Shown: one piece after another, positions 8,633-17,861 of the stretch
Numbering within the stretch: the first letter of the stretch is position 1
How the letters are laid out: each line of letters opens with the position of its first letter
IMG/VR virus record: IMGVR_UViG_3300036791_000892
Span: 2,967-66,966 of that record
Direction: 5' to 3' (one strand)
Length of the DNA: 64,000 nt
From: a virus
Made by a program: the position numbers and the translations under genes
Notes under the pieces: generated by a model
Told to the model about the DNA's origin: nothing
Databases searched by the model: none
Seen by the model: the letters and a program-made list of their open reading frames with translations, nothing else

Positions 8633-8941
8633 ATGACATATTTCGATATCGATTCTCTTACCAAAATTCAACTCCGTGAGATTACGATCGCCCAACTCAA
8701 ACACACCGCAACACTCTGCAATGACGACCACTGGCTATACTCCGACGACGGGTTCGATTACGTTCAAGCTGGTGTAACCTTGGCATCAAATCTGCTCCAT
8801 GCTATGGACCAATCACAAACCGACGCCGGTCAAGACCTCCATGATGCCAAAGAGCTCCTGGCAAACTTGGATGACTATGCATGTGATGGTGTTTGCCAAT
8901 ACATCTACGACCTCCATTTTAAATGCCTTGAACAAGACTAG
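8633..8941 (+). CDS. acidic protein, G[IV]CQxIxD family member 3 (leaderless)
   Basis: start reassigned to ATG 8633; IAQLK...GVCQYIYDLH. Confidence 0.75.
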   Translation: MTYFDIDSLTKIQLREITIAQLKHTATLCNDDHWLYSDDGFDYVQAGVTLASNLLHAMDQSQTDAGQDLHDAKELLANLDDYACDGVCQYIYDLHFKCLEQD

Positions 8942-8948
8942 GGGAGAT

Positions 8949-9266
8949 ATGAAAATTATAAGAGATAGCAACCCACGTATCGGGGAGATTGAAACCGAGA
9001 TAAGTAAACTCACCACTGAGCTGGAGCAGCTAATAGCTGCAACACCAAAAGAACTAGATCATAGCCGAACAAGCGTGTTCGAGGACATGCGTGACTGTGG
9101 TGAGGATGGAATACCAAAGATTGAGGTGCTAAAAGATGTATTAGACTGGCGCGTGGAGTGCATGGAAATGGCAAGAGATCTCTTAAGTCAGGGGAGGACG
9201 GTCGAAGCAGCAGAGGAACTAAAGAGCATAGATGAAACAATCGAAGGTCTAAACTACGGAGGTTAG
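8949..9266 (+). CDS. helical acidic protein, partial paralogue of 24630
   Basis: SD GGAG before ATG 8949 (MKIIRDSNPR...). Confidence 0.65.
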   Translation: MKIIRDSNPRIGEIETEISKLTTELEQLIAATPKELDHSRTSVFEDMRDCGEDGIPKIEVLKDVLDWRVECMEMARDLLSQGRTVEAAEELKSIDETIEGLNYGG

Positions 9267-9267
9267 A

Positions 9268-9441
9268 ATGAGAAGTATAGACGATGATGCGCGTATACTC
9301 ATCGCCAGTGTGGAGAGAGCACTGGCGAGGGGAACGAAACACTTCGACATCGACGGCAATGCACTCAACACCGTCGAGGAGATTCTTGAAGCACTGTGTA
9401 TAGATGGTAGAATCAGGTTTGAACCGAAGCCACCACAGTAG
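9268..9441 (+). CDS. hypothetical 57-aa protein
   Basis: GGAGG SD; MRSIDDDARILIASVERALARG...; not in ORF track. Confidence 0.55.
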   Translation: MRSIDDDARILIASVERALARGTKHFDIDGNALNTVEEILEALCIDGRIRFEPKPPQ

Positions 9442-9546
9442 GGGGCGGTCGCGGCAGGTAATTGAGGTCACGAAGTAATTTACCCTTCCCTCATTGGGTA
9501 ATGATCCTTCACGAAGCTCTTTACCTGCCACGAGCACCCCCTCCCC

Positions 9547-9575
9547 TTGACAAGGTGATCTTTTTCGTATAAGAT
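9547..9575 (+). promoter_or_regulatory. cassette promoter 8, reversed operator overlaps -10
   Basis: TTGACA-17-TAAGAT; CGTATAAGAT (1 mismatch) at 9566-9575. Confidence 0.75.
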
Positions 9576-9581
9576 ACTTGT

Positions 9582-9689
9582 ATGAAATTAAGACTGGCAA
9601 AACTGGCAAGACTAATCTCTTTTACCAACCACAAGCCAATACTCGGCAAAAACCAAATTGTCAAAATTCTCCTGGAGAAGTCAAAATGA
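9582..9689 (+). CDS. 35-aa basic leaderless peptide coupled to next gene
   Basis: MKLRLAKLARLISFTNHKPILGKNQIVKILLEKSK; TGA overlaps ATG 9686. Confidence 0.5.
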   Translation: MKLRLAKLARLISFTNHKPILGKNQIVKILLEKSK

Positions 9690-10051
9690 CAAGCAAAAAA
9701 CAACAGAAACAAATCTTCCTCGCAGCACTTGATCTCTATGTAACCTGGCTTAACTCCTTTCACGACGCCGCCGATCCCACTGATAACGAGCACCCATACA
9801 CCGCCAAAGATTTTACCGAAGGTTATGGACGTTATACAATCGTCTCCTGCAACCCAGCTGCAAACGCTGACCTCGTCCTCCATGTATCTCTGACCGACGG
9901 GGATGAAGGTGGACCTCATGACCTCATTTTTGGCTGGCATGAATCTGACAATACCATCAAATTCATCCTCCAGGGATTTGATACCCTCTGGTGCATGATT
10001 TATAACGACGGGGAATTTGACCTGAAGGGATTTAAGCCAAATGCAATCTGA
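9686..10051 (+). CDS. hypothetical protein
   Basis: SD GGAG; start reassigned to MTSKKQQ. Confidence 0.65.
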   Translation: MTSKKQQKQIFLAALDLYVTWLNSFHDAADPTDNEHPYTAKDFTEGYGRYTIVSCNPAANADLVLHVSLTDGDEGGPHDLIFGWHESDNTIKFILQGFDTLWCMIYNDGEFDLKGFKPNAI

Positions 10052-10358
10052 AGAGATGCTAGAACCTTCACTACCCTGCTGCGAGTTCTGCAACAAGGAG
10101 TTCAACCCCAACAACCTGGAAAGCACAAATGGTGAGTATCACGAACGCCGAGAAGATGAGTTCTCCCGCGGCAAGAAGTTCCCCTGGCAAAAGAAGCAAG
10201 GATCACATCCGTACATCTTCTGCTCTGAAGAATGTGAGCTGGAGTCGGTAGATGATTACCGCATAGGTATGTGCGAGCTGCGTGATGCAATCGCCCATGG
10301 AGAATACCCTGACGACACCGAAGATCTTGGACCGGATCCCATGAGGCCGGAATACTAG
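10041..10358 (+). CDS. acidic Zn-binding (CxxC...FCSEEC, TRASH-like) protein
   Basis: CEFC and FCSEEC motifs. Confidence 0.6.
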   Translation: MQSEEMLEPSLPCCEFCNKEFNPNNLESTNGEYHERREDEFSRGKKFPWQKKQGSHPYIFCSEECELESVDDYRIGMCELRDAIAHGEYPDDTEDLGPDPMRPEY

Positions 10359-10530
10359 GCAAAATGACAGTCAAGATACGAATTGAGATATCATTTTATC
10401 ATCTCGGGGTGGCCTTTTAAAATCCCCTCTGACATGTCTTGACCGTATCATGCCAAGACTAGAAGCAAATCGCCTAGAGGCAAGCAGAAAATCCCTTGAC
10501 AATCTGTGATATCTCTTGATATGCTTAGGC

Positions 10531-10710
10531 ATGTCAAACGAATTGAGTAATACGCGGATCGTTCGCCACCCTCAAAGACACCTGGAAGTGGTCGAGGTTG
10601 TTGATAAGAAAACATACTTCGTCTACTTCCGCGCTATCACCAAACCCCAGGAGCTCACTGACTTCCAGATCTACAAGCTGTACCAACAGAGTGACCACCT
10701 GGAAAATTAA
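10531..10710 (+). CDS. hypothetical protein (leaderless; promoter 9 at 10496-10525)
   Basis: TTGACA-18-TATGCT then ATG 5 nt later. Confidence 0.65.
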   Translation: MSNELSNTRIVRHPQRHLEVVEVVDKKTYFVYFRAITKPQELTDFQIYKLYQQSDHLEN

Positions 10711-10783
10711 TTTGAGCCCCCCTTGACAAATTGTCAGGGATAACTTATGATAATGCAAGTAAGAAATTCAAAGGAGACAAATC

Positions 10784-11143
10784 ATGGACAACGAAACTGT
10801 TAAACCGATCGATACTAACCCCGCCGTTCTCAACCTGGCCAAGAAGCCGGTCGAAGCTGCCAAGACCGCCAAGACAGCCAAGGCCAAGATCGCCAAGACC
10901 GCCAAGACCAAGACCGAAGCCAAGACCAATGGCAAAGAGGCCAAGACCACCAAGACCAACGGTGAGGCCAAACAGACCAAAGGTGGCATGACCACACGCG
11001 AGGCGGCCAAGATCCTCAAGACGACCCCGAAGGCTCTCCGCCGGGCACTTCGTGACATGGACAAATACGACGACGGTGTCTACACCCGTTACCTTCTGGG
11101 CAAAGCCGACCTCAACGCCCTGGGCAAGATTCTCAACGCTTAA
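10784..11143 (+). CDS. HTH protein with histone-H1-like AKT-rich N-terminus (promoter 10 at 10723-10751)
   Basis: AKTAKTAKAK repeats; MTTREAAKILKTTPKALRRALRDMDKYDDGVYTRYLL closely similar to 5808; SD AAGGAG. Confidence 0.8.
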   Translation: MDNETVKPIDTNPAVLNLAKKPVEAAKTAKTAKAKIAKTAKTKTEAKTNGKEAKTTKTNGEAKQTKGGMTTREAAKILKTTPKALRRALRDMDKYDDGVYTRYLLGKADLNALGKILNA

Positions 11144-11897
11144 CTTCGTCCGCCGGTGGCATAAGTATCTCTCTAGCCACCGGCTTCTTTTTGTCTTTTT
11201 TATTGACCACCTGCAACACCTGCACGGTGATCTTGGGTGGCTGTATGGGTGATCCGTCGGGATTGCTGAACTCATGCTTCATGATGTTCTGCCCCAGCTC
11301 ATCCCTCACCGCCTTGTGTATGCTGATCAATGAGTCCACCACGGGTGTATCAATATTATACACCTCCACCACCTGAAAATCATCACCCTTACCAATCCCC
11401 TTCAGCGTGCGGGTGACCAACCCAGTTCTCCCTCCTGGGACCTCTGCCATATCATCAGACTCCCCGCGCTCAAACACTGCGGTGGTGATGCGTTCGTGCA
11501 TGTCGTTGAGCACCGCTAGCCTCCGCTCCTTCTTCGCCAGACCCTCGCTCAAGAATCTCTTAGCATATGCTTCTGCACTGTTGTTCACCATCACCTTAAA
11601 TTCATCATGAGATTTCCAAGCCAACAACTGGCGTCTGGACATTCCCACAGTCTGGGCTACCTCGTTGAGTGTGTACCTTCCTTCACCGATCATCGCCGCA
11701 GCCATGATCTTCTTCTGCGAGCGTATGTCCAGACAAACCTGCTCTTTACTCCTTTTCTTGCCACCTTTCCTTCTATGCTTCAAACTTGGCTTCTCGTCAG
11801 TTGCCTGTACTTCTTCAGTGGTCATGTCATCAAGCTCTGCTCTACGCCTGAATCCTTCAGTGTTTGAGTCCCTCCGACATTTTGGTGTTACTCTCAT
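11133..11897 (-). CDS. terS: terminase small subunit (N-terminal HTH)
   Basis: HTH LNEVAQTVGMSRRQLLAWK; C-terminal ELGQ...KHEFSNPDGSPI typical of TerS; same strand as terL. Confidence 0.7.
   Translation of the reverse strand: MRVTPKCRRDSNTEGFRRRAELDDMTTEEVQATDEKPSLKHRRKGGKKRSKEQVCLDIRSQKKIMAAAMIGEGRYTLNEVAQTVGMSRRQLLAWKSHDEFKVMVNNSAEAYAKRFLSEGLAKKERRLAVLNDMHERITTAVFERGESDDMAEVPGGRTGLVTRTLKGIGKGDDFQVVEVYNIDTPVVDSLISIHKAVRDELGQNIMKHEFSNPDGSPIQPPKITVQVLQVVNKKDKKKPVAREILMPPADEVKR
11152..11192 (+). terminator. intrinsic terminator ending the island
   Basis: gccggtggc N15 gccaccggc followed by ttcttttt. Confidence 0.7.
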
Positions 11898-11927
11898 AAT
11901 TAACTCCCCACAACGTATGGTACAAAA

Positions 11928-12125
11928 TTCTTATACGAAGATTCAAGGCACCTGAAAACTTCTCATACTCATTCTTATACGAGAATCAAAATTCTTATAC
12001 GAGGGAGTATCAAACACCACCCCACCCCGATCTAGCAAGGGTGTGAGCGGTCTAGCGGAGTAATCTAGCAACCTATCCTCAAACCAAAAAACGATCACAA
12101 ACCTGTGAAAAAAAATTCTTATACG
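11928..12125. repeat. four direct copies of TTCTTATACG(A) upstream of terS
   Basis: copies at 11928, 11972, 11992, 12116. Confidence 0.85.
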
Positions 12126-12268
12126 ATCTTTAAAAATGGTCCGAGTTTCGCCCCTGATTTCAGGTATTTTCGACATCATTCTAACTTCTCTTTTTTGCCT
12201 CCATCGAGATTAAAAGTCGCTGGATCATTTTAAAAACTTTGCTGGTTTTGAGATTAAATATATCTGCA

Positions 12269-12467
12269 TTATCTGCTTATTCTTAGATAGCAAGTGTTAA
12301 TAAAATGAACTACTATGATAATCCAGTAAAAATCATATTCTCACTATCTCAATCTTCACGACTTTTTAAAATGAAACATTCATACCTCGACTCAAAAGAG
12401 AAACGCTACTGTCTCCAGCGTTTTTTCTATTTTTTTTAACTGTCCGTATCTAAGAATAAGCAGATAA
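12269..12467. repeat. 21-bp perfect inverted repeat flanking an AT-rich spacer
   Basis: TTATCTGCTTATTCTTAGATA (12269-12289) / TATCTAAGAATAAGCAGATAA (12447-12467). Confidence 0.85.
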
Positions 12468-12574
12468 CCCAGCGATTTCTCACCTTTTACTTTTTTGACA
12501 TCTCTTTGCCCCCTTCCCTTGACATGTCCTCATCCCTCTGTTATCATTTTTCATGCAATTCTACGGAGCCAATT

Positions 12575-13714
12575 ATGTCCAGACCTCGCAAAGAAATCTT
12601 CGACTGTATTCACGAGATTTATCATGCATTTGAAAGAGAAGGAATGTACATCTCAGCATCTTCAAAGCTGCTTACCAACATAAAATCTCTCTACTCTTAC
12701 CTCACATTCAAACGAGCACTTAATCTCCTCGGCGCAAAACTTGTAACTCGCAAAGTCAATATTCTCACCAACACACACAGCATGTCATCTTCACGAGTTA
12801 CACGGCATTACTATCATCTTGTAATAGACCCCAAACTAACACTCTGGAAAGCTAAACAGCGGGCTGATGAGCTCCCACTAGCATCCTACACTGAGTTATC
12901 TACCCGTATCCGTGCTCCCCGGCTCATGAAAAAAACCAAGACGGAGAGAGAAAAAATAGAAGATATCAAGAAACACCTACACGACCGAAGAAAGAAGGAA
13001 GCACACGACATGCAGAAGTCTGAGCCGGCCGGACTTTTCCACAACCGTCCTATGCAGACTAAGCAAGAGATTTTTGCCTCTGTACGCGAGTTGTTTCCAG
13101 TAACTAACTACAGATATCGAATAAGCCTCATCACGCTCAGTAAAGCACTCCGTCTTGTGGGAGCTAGACCTATCCAGATGGAAGATGGGTGGTATTGGAT
13201 GTATCCATCCGAGCAGATACTTGAGTTCGTCGAGGAGTTAACTCGGGACAAGCTGCCTGTCCCTGAGGTAGAAATCTTCAAGGAATGCCGCAGGCATAAC
13301 TATCTATGGATCCCCGAGGTTGTTGTGTTTAGTATAAAAGATAGAGAAATGCATAGGATGGTATGGCCCCAGGACAACTCTGCCCACATGAAATGGTGCT
13401 GGTATAATGGCAGGGCCGGGGCTTCATATCCACGCACAACACCAGAGGTTATTTACATGCCCATCGAGCCTCCCGTGAGAGTTAGAAAGCCGGAAGGAAC
13501 TGACATTGTGGGAGACTTTCTGCGAGATATTTTGGGAGAAGAACTCAAGGTAGATCACAAGATCATACACAGGGCAGCTGCTGATGTGGGTATATTACCA
13601 TTGCAGCTGCGCCAGAAAAATAGTTATGCCATAGGCCCAGGACAGCAGGTAGTAGGAGAGCGTTGGGGAGTAAAGAACAAGTTCGCATACTGGCACATCA
13701 CATATAAAGATTAA
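12575..13714 (+). CDS. basic protein with internally repeated, probably winged-helix, domains
   Basis: start reassigned after GGAG SD; repeats EIF...ITL/LTFxxAL.L.GA; promoter TTGACA-17-TATCAT at 12519-12547. Confidence 0.6.
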   Translation: MSRPRKEIFDCIHEIYHAFEREGMYISASSKLLTNIKSLYSYLTFKRALNLLGAKLVTRKVNILTNTHSMSSSRVTRHYYHLVIDPKLTLWKAKQRADELPLASYTELSTRIRAPRLMKKTKTEREKIEDIKKHLHDRRKKEAHDMQKSEPAGLFHNRPMQTKQEIFASVRELFPVTNYRYRISLITLSKALRLVGARPIQMEDGWYWMYPSEQILEFVEELTRDKLPVPEVEIFKECRRHNYLWIPEVVVFSIKDREMHRMVWPQDNSAHMKWCWYNGRAGASYPRTTPEVIYMPIEPPVRVRKPEGTDIVGDFLRDILGEELKVDHKIIHRAAADVGILPLQLRQKNSYAIGPGQQVVGERWGVKNKFAYWHITYKD

Positions 13715-13734
13715 CACCACACAGGAGTAACATC

Positions 13735-16700
13735 ATGGAGATAAATGAAGTAGTAAAGAAGTTTCTAGCCAGCCCGCCGAAAGATCTCATCAGAGAGTTT
13801 CGCCAGTTCGTGATTCATGAGCCCATAGCCAAGAATCTTCTCATTGAGATATGTACTGAATCGCTTGAACGTGGTGCCCGGCCATCAGACCTGGCTGGAT
13901 TCTCACTTATGTACGGGATGGCTATAGGAGTTATGCTTGAACGCCATCGAACCTCAACCCTTGACAAAGAATCCTGACGCATGTATCATATATTACGTTT
14001 CAAAAAATTTTTTTCGGAGAAACTATGAATGGACAAGACATTGACCAGCAAACGGCGTTTGCAGTTGGTCACATCTCATGCTGGCTCGGTACCTATGCAG
14101 AAAGCTGCTCAGTACTTCGGTCACAACTTACCCTCAGGGTGGCATCGATACTTCTCGCCGAGGCGGACGGGACGCTACTTCGGCCTGAAGATATTATGCC
14201 CTCACTGCCAAGACGTGCCACCAAAACACGTAAAGCCTTGGAACCGATGGCGTTGGCTAACGGTACACATCCTGACACACCGCCACACCATACAGTGAGA
14301 AAGCAAAAGAAAACGAGGAAGGGGTGGAAGATGCCTCAGGCGCAGAAAGACCACTTGTCGCACCTCGCTAAACTACGGTGGGGTAGTATGTCCAAGAACA
14401 AGAAAACTCGCTTGCAGAACAAGATGAGTAAAGCCAGGTTGGGTAAATAACACCTGTGGGGCCCCAGAAGATGGGGCCTCCGTGTTTGAGGGCATATGAG
14501 AAAGAAGAAAAAATTGAAGACTGCCCTGCTCAATGCTGCTCATAGTCTTGAGAAGGCAAGCGAGGCGATAGCTAAGGTTCTGGAGGTAATACCTAAAGAC
14601 CACGTGCATCGGAGAATGTTTTCCGAGCTCGAGAGTAGTTTGATGGATTCATCGGAGATGGCAGAGAGTCTTGCGAAGCTGTAAAAAAATACCCCCTTGA
14701 TATCAAATAGGTGGTGAAAAATGGACAGAGAAATGAAATACATTATCTTTGAAGTAACTAAAGGCCACACAATTCATATCCCTGTGGTATTCCATCGGGT
14801 TCTTAATCACAAGGATGTGAGTCAGGCATTGCTGCCCGTGTTGCTTGAAACTTTCTCACCTCACACGGTGAAGCCAGTGAGTGCTGGATTTTATAGCCTG
14901 CTGACTGGCCGGTGTACGGGTGAGTCGACATCTCTGGATTTGAGACACCGTGCTGAGGACAAGGAAATTATAGAACACGGCATCCCTTGACATAGTGAAT
15001 TCTCGCATGTAACATATGTTACGTTATGTTAGTCAATTCAAAAGGAGCCTACATGGCGGACAAGAAGCCAACCTACGAAGAACTGCAGGAACAGTTGGAA
15101 GAGATGAAAAAGAAAGAAGCCAACCTGTCTTTCAAGGTAAGCGATAAAGGCGGAGTGAGTGTTTATGGCCTCGGCCGCTTTCCCGTGACATTGTATTATG
15201 AACAGTGGCAGAAACTGTTTGACAACATCGAGCAGCTTAAAACCTTCGTCAAGGACAACAAGAAAAAGATGAAGATGAAAGAATAAAACAATTTGCCTGC
15301 GTGCTGCGTGTCCATACACTGAGTACGCCGTGGGACTTTTGTCCATGGGGCCCCCAACGTCCACAGGCACAGTATTAAACCAATAGGAGGAAGGATGACA
15401 ACCATCAACAGCAAGGAACTTACCTCAGCACTGTCAGAGTTACAGGAACTACACCGCGAATCACACCGCAAAAATTTCAATGAACAAATCACACAGGCAA
15501 TGAGATCCGAATTGGGCTGTCCCATCTGCGATGTCGGAAACAGACTCCTTGCCGATGATGAGATGTTTAAAGAATTCTTTGATTTCATGATGTCATCACT
15601 TGGGATTCGCTGTGTCACGATGGCAACCGTATTGGGACTTCAGTTTGATGTTTTCTATTCTCATACATCCATGCTATCTTTGGGAATCATAATCGGGAGA
15701 AAACAAGCCCAGGTGGAGGCCATGAAGGTTAAAGTATGAGTGTGCTCCAGCCTTGGCTAGAAAAACTCTCGTGGAAGAAGCAGACGGTCATGCTTGGTGC
15801 TATCCGTTCACCGGACAACGTGCATACACTAAAGCTCAAAGCACTTGTTATATGGATCCGTAACAACATAGTCCAGAATGCTGATCCTATGACTGGGTTC
15901 TTACATGCAGCCTTAGATGACCTTCCGCTGTTCGAGCACATGGACAGGGAGTTTGAGAGGCTCACATTACATGCCGCGCACCACATTCTACTGGCAATGG
16001 AAGTTATTGGATTCGACCACCCCGATGAGTTTACCCGGATGAATGCATGGAAGTTTTATTCCGACGCAGTTGATGCTCAGCATTTAAACCCAGAAACTCC
16101 GGCACAATACGAATCCCGATACACAGACAATCCTTCAAGAACTAAAGGAGTGAGTTAAATGAGAGATATTCTGATGTTCCAGTGGCTACTGGAGAACTGC
16201 CTGGAGAAGGTACAAAATGGCGCAGTCATCTTCCGCAGTGAACAAAGCCGCGACCACGCCATACAGAAATTCATGACGTACTTCTGTGGTGGCTCGTATG
16301 ATGCTGCCAATCACAAGTACACGCTACCCAACGGAAGCACCATCACATTTTCAGTTATCCCGCCTGACCTCGAGCCGCCCGAGATGTACTATGACGAGGT
16401 GAGCCGGGTGAACCCAGCTCTGTACGAAATTGCGAAACGAGTAACACTGGACGCCGGTCTGCCCTATACGGACCCGCGAACCGGCATAACTACGAAACCA
16501 AAACCACCTAAAAGAGACCCGAAAAAGATCAGTAAAGCAGATTACGAGAACTTGGTAGCTTTCGTGAATGGCACCCCACAGAAGAATAAGAATGGTGTAA
16601 AGTTCATCGGAGAGCCAGTGCCAACGCCGAGAAAGAGTTCTAAAAAGAGGAGAAAAAAATGAGTGAGCGAACATGGAAGTGGGGAAGAATCCAGCTTGAT

Positions 16701-16847
16701 CTTGATTTCACGATGTTCGGTGTAGGCTTAGGGTTCTGTTTCAGTAACGGCTCGGCTTTTTTCTGTGTGCCGTTCTTTCTAGTTACTCGCGGGCCGGTAG
16801 AAGAGAAGCCGGTAGAAGAGGACGAATGTTCACCCGAGAAGAATTAA
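13735..16847 (+). other. run of small early hypothetical genes (13735, 14025, 14496, 14721, 15053, 15395, 15736, 16159, 16659)
   Basis: tightly packed plus-strand ORFs with SDs; promoters at 13961-13989 and 14987-15015. Confidence 0.7.
15053..15286 (+). CDS. conserved small protein (KVSxKGGVSVYGLGRFPVTLYxEQW)
   Basis: SD AAGGAG; motif recalled from bacterial and phage hypothetical proteins, function unknown. Confidence 0.7.
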   Translation: MADKKPTYEELQEQLEEMKKKEANLSFKVSDKGGVSVYGLGRFPVTLYYEQWQKLFDNIEQLKTFVKDNKKKMKMKE

Positions 16848-16978
16848 TACACTTACAATCACGTTTAAGAATCCAGTGTTATTGGATAATTTATCTCTCA
16901 AACCCAGACCTTCCCCTTGATCGTGATGAGATTATTCTCGGCTATTTTGAAACTTTGGAGATATCCAAAATACTCAAT

Positions 16979-17452
16979 CTATACCTTCCGCTTGAAAGCA
17001 TCGGGGTCTCGTCTTTTCCGAGATAGTAAGTCACGCAGTTTAAATAGATCGTCTGGTGAGATGTTGGAGATATCCAGATGCTTCAACCATTCAGCCGTCT
17101 TACCTTTGATCTTCCATTCCATCAATTCACTCAGCAAGTACTCAGCTTCACTGCGCCGGTTTGGATATTTGCGATGTCCTGTGCTACGATTCACATACTC
17201 ATCGGAGTTCCAGAAGCCGTTAACTCCGGTATCTCTGGTAGAACCATCCCATGAAGTTTGTCGTTTCTTTCTACCTTTCCTATTATTGCTACCTTGTGGG
17301 TGTTTAAGTTGTGATTTATTTCCTACTCCACCTAATACAGCTCGGATCTTTCTTCGACTTGCTGGGTTACGCTCCATTCCTAATGCCAGAGCGATCTCAC
17401 CAGTTGTCAAGCCGCGTTCATGAAGATCCTTAATCTTCAATATATCAAGCAT
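16979..17452 (-). CDS. HTH-containing regulator (leaderless)
   Basis: GLTTGEIALALG; promoter TTGACA(17486-17481)-17-TAGAAT, ATG 5 nt later. Confidence 0.6.
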   Translation of the reverse strand: MLDILKIKDLHERGLTTGEIALALGMERNPASRRKIRAVLGGVGNKSQLKHPQGSNNRKGRKKRQTSWDGSTRDTGVNGFWNSDEYVNRSTGHRKYPNRRSEAEYLLSELMEWKIKGKTAEWLKHLDISNISPDDLFKLRDLLSRKRRDPDAFKRKV

Positions 17453-17657
17453 GTTTCATTCTAGCAAAAAAAGACCCCTTTGTCAAGGGGCCTAGAGGTG
17501 GGGAGAGTGCCGGGAGGAACAAGTCGTAGTCGGGCTTTTTTTTCACGAAGTAACCGACCACTTTCGCCATCCCAGCAGAATTCATTATAGCAAACGGGCT
17601 CCTCAAAGTCAAGCTGGATCCCTTGACAAAAGTTTGTATAAGAATTAATATACGTCT

Positions 17658-17861
17658 ATGACAAACAAGAAACTCAAGACGAAACCCGAGAACGGGCATA
17701 AGCGTGTTGTTAAAGATTCAATCCAACCCGTTAGATTCACCCAACGTGAGCTAAGAGTGCTCAAGAAGCTCGCTTGGCCCAAGCAGAGCATCTCAGAATG
17801 GATTCGTGAATCTATCCGGCAAAGAGTTAACAGGGAGTATCGCAAGGAATTCTCGGCATAA
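17658..17861 (+). CDS. ribbon-helix-helix (Arc/CopG-like) regulator (leaderless)
   Basis: PVRFTQRELRVLKKLA...SISEWIRESI; promoter TTGACA-17-TAATAT at 17623-17651. Confidence 0.7.
   Translation: MTNKKLKTKPENGHKRVVKDSIQPVRFTQRELRVLKKLAWPKQSISEWIRESIRQRVNREYRKEFSA

Noticed and set aside
6695-9600. ORF-track starts at 6695, 8032, 8504, 8799 and 9578
   Set aside because: These extensions run through terminators, promoters or the neighbouring gene; the recurring PLD...FLYD peptide is just the translated promoter. True starts are downstream.
5730-11150. CRISPR array or classical integron
   Set aside because: Repeats are promoter-shaped and separated by whole genes of variable length; no cas operon or tyrosine integrase is visible, and the hairpins are shorter than canonical attC sites.
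15315-15350. Hammerhead ribozyme core (CTGAGTA)
   Set aside because: No matching GAAA core or stem arrangement.
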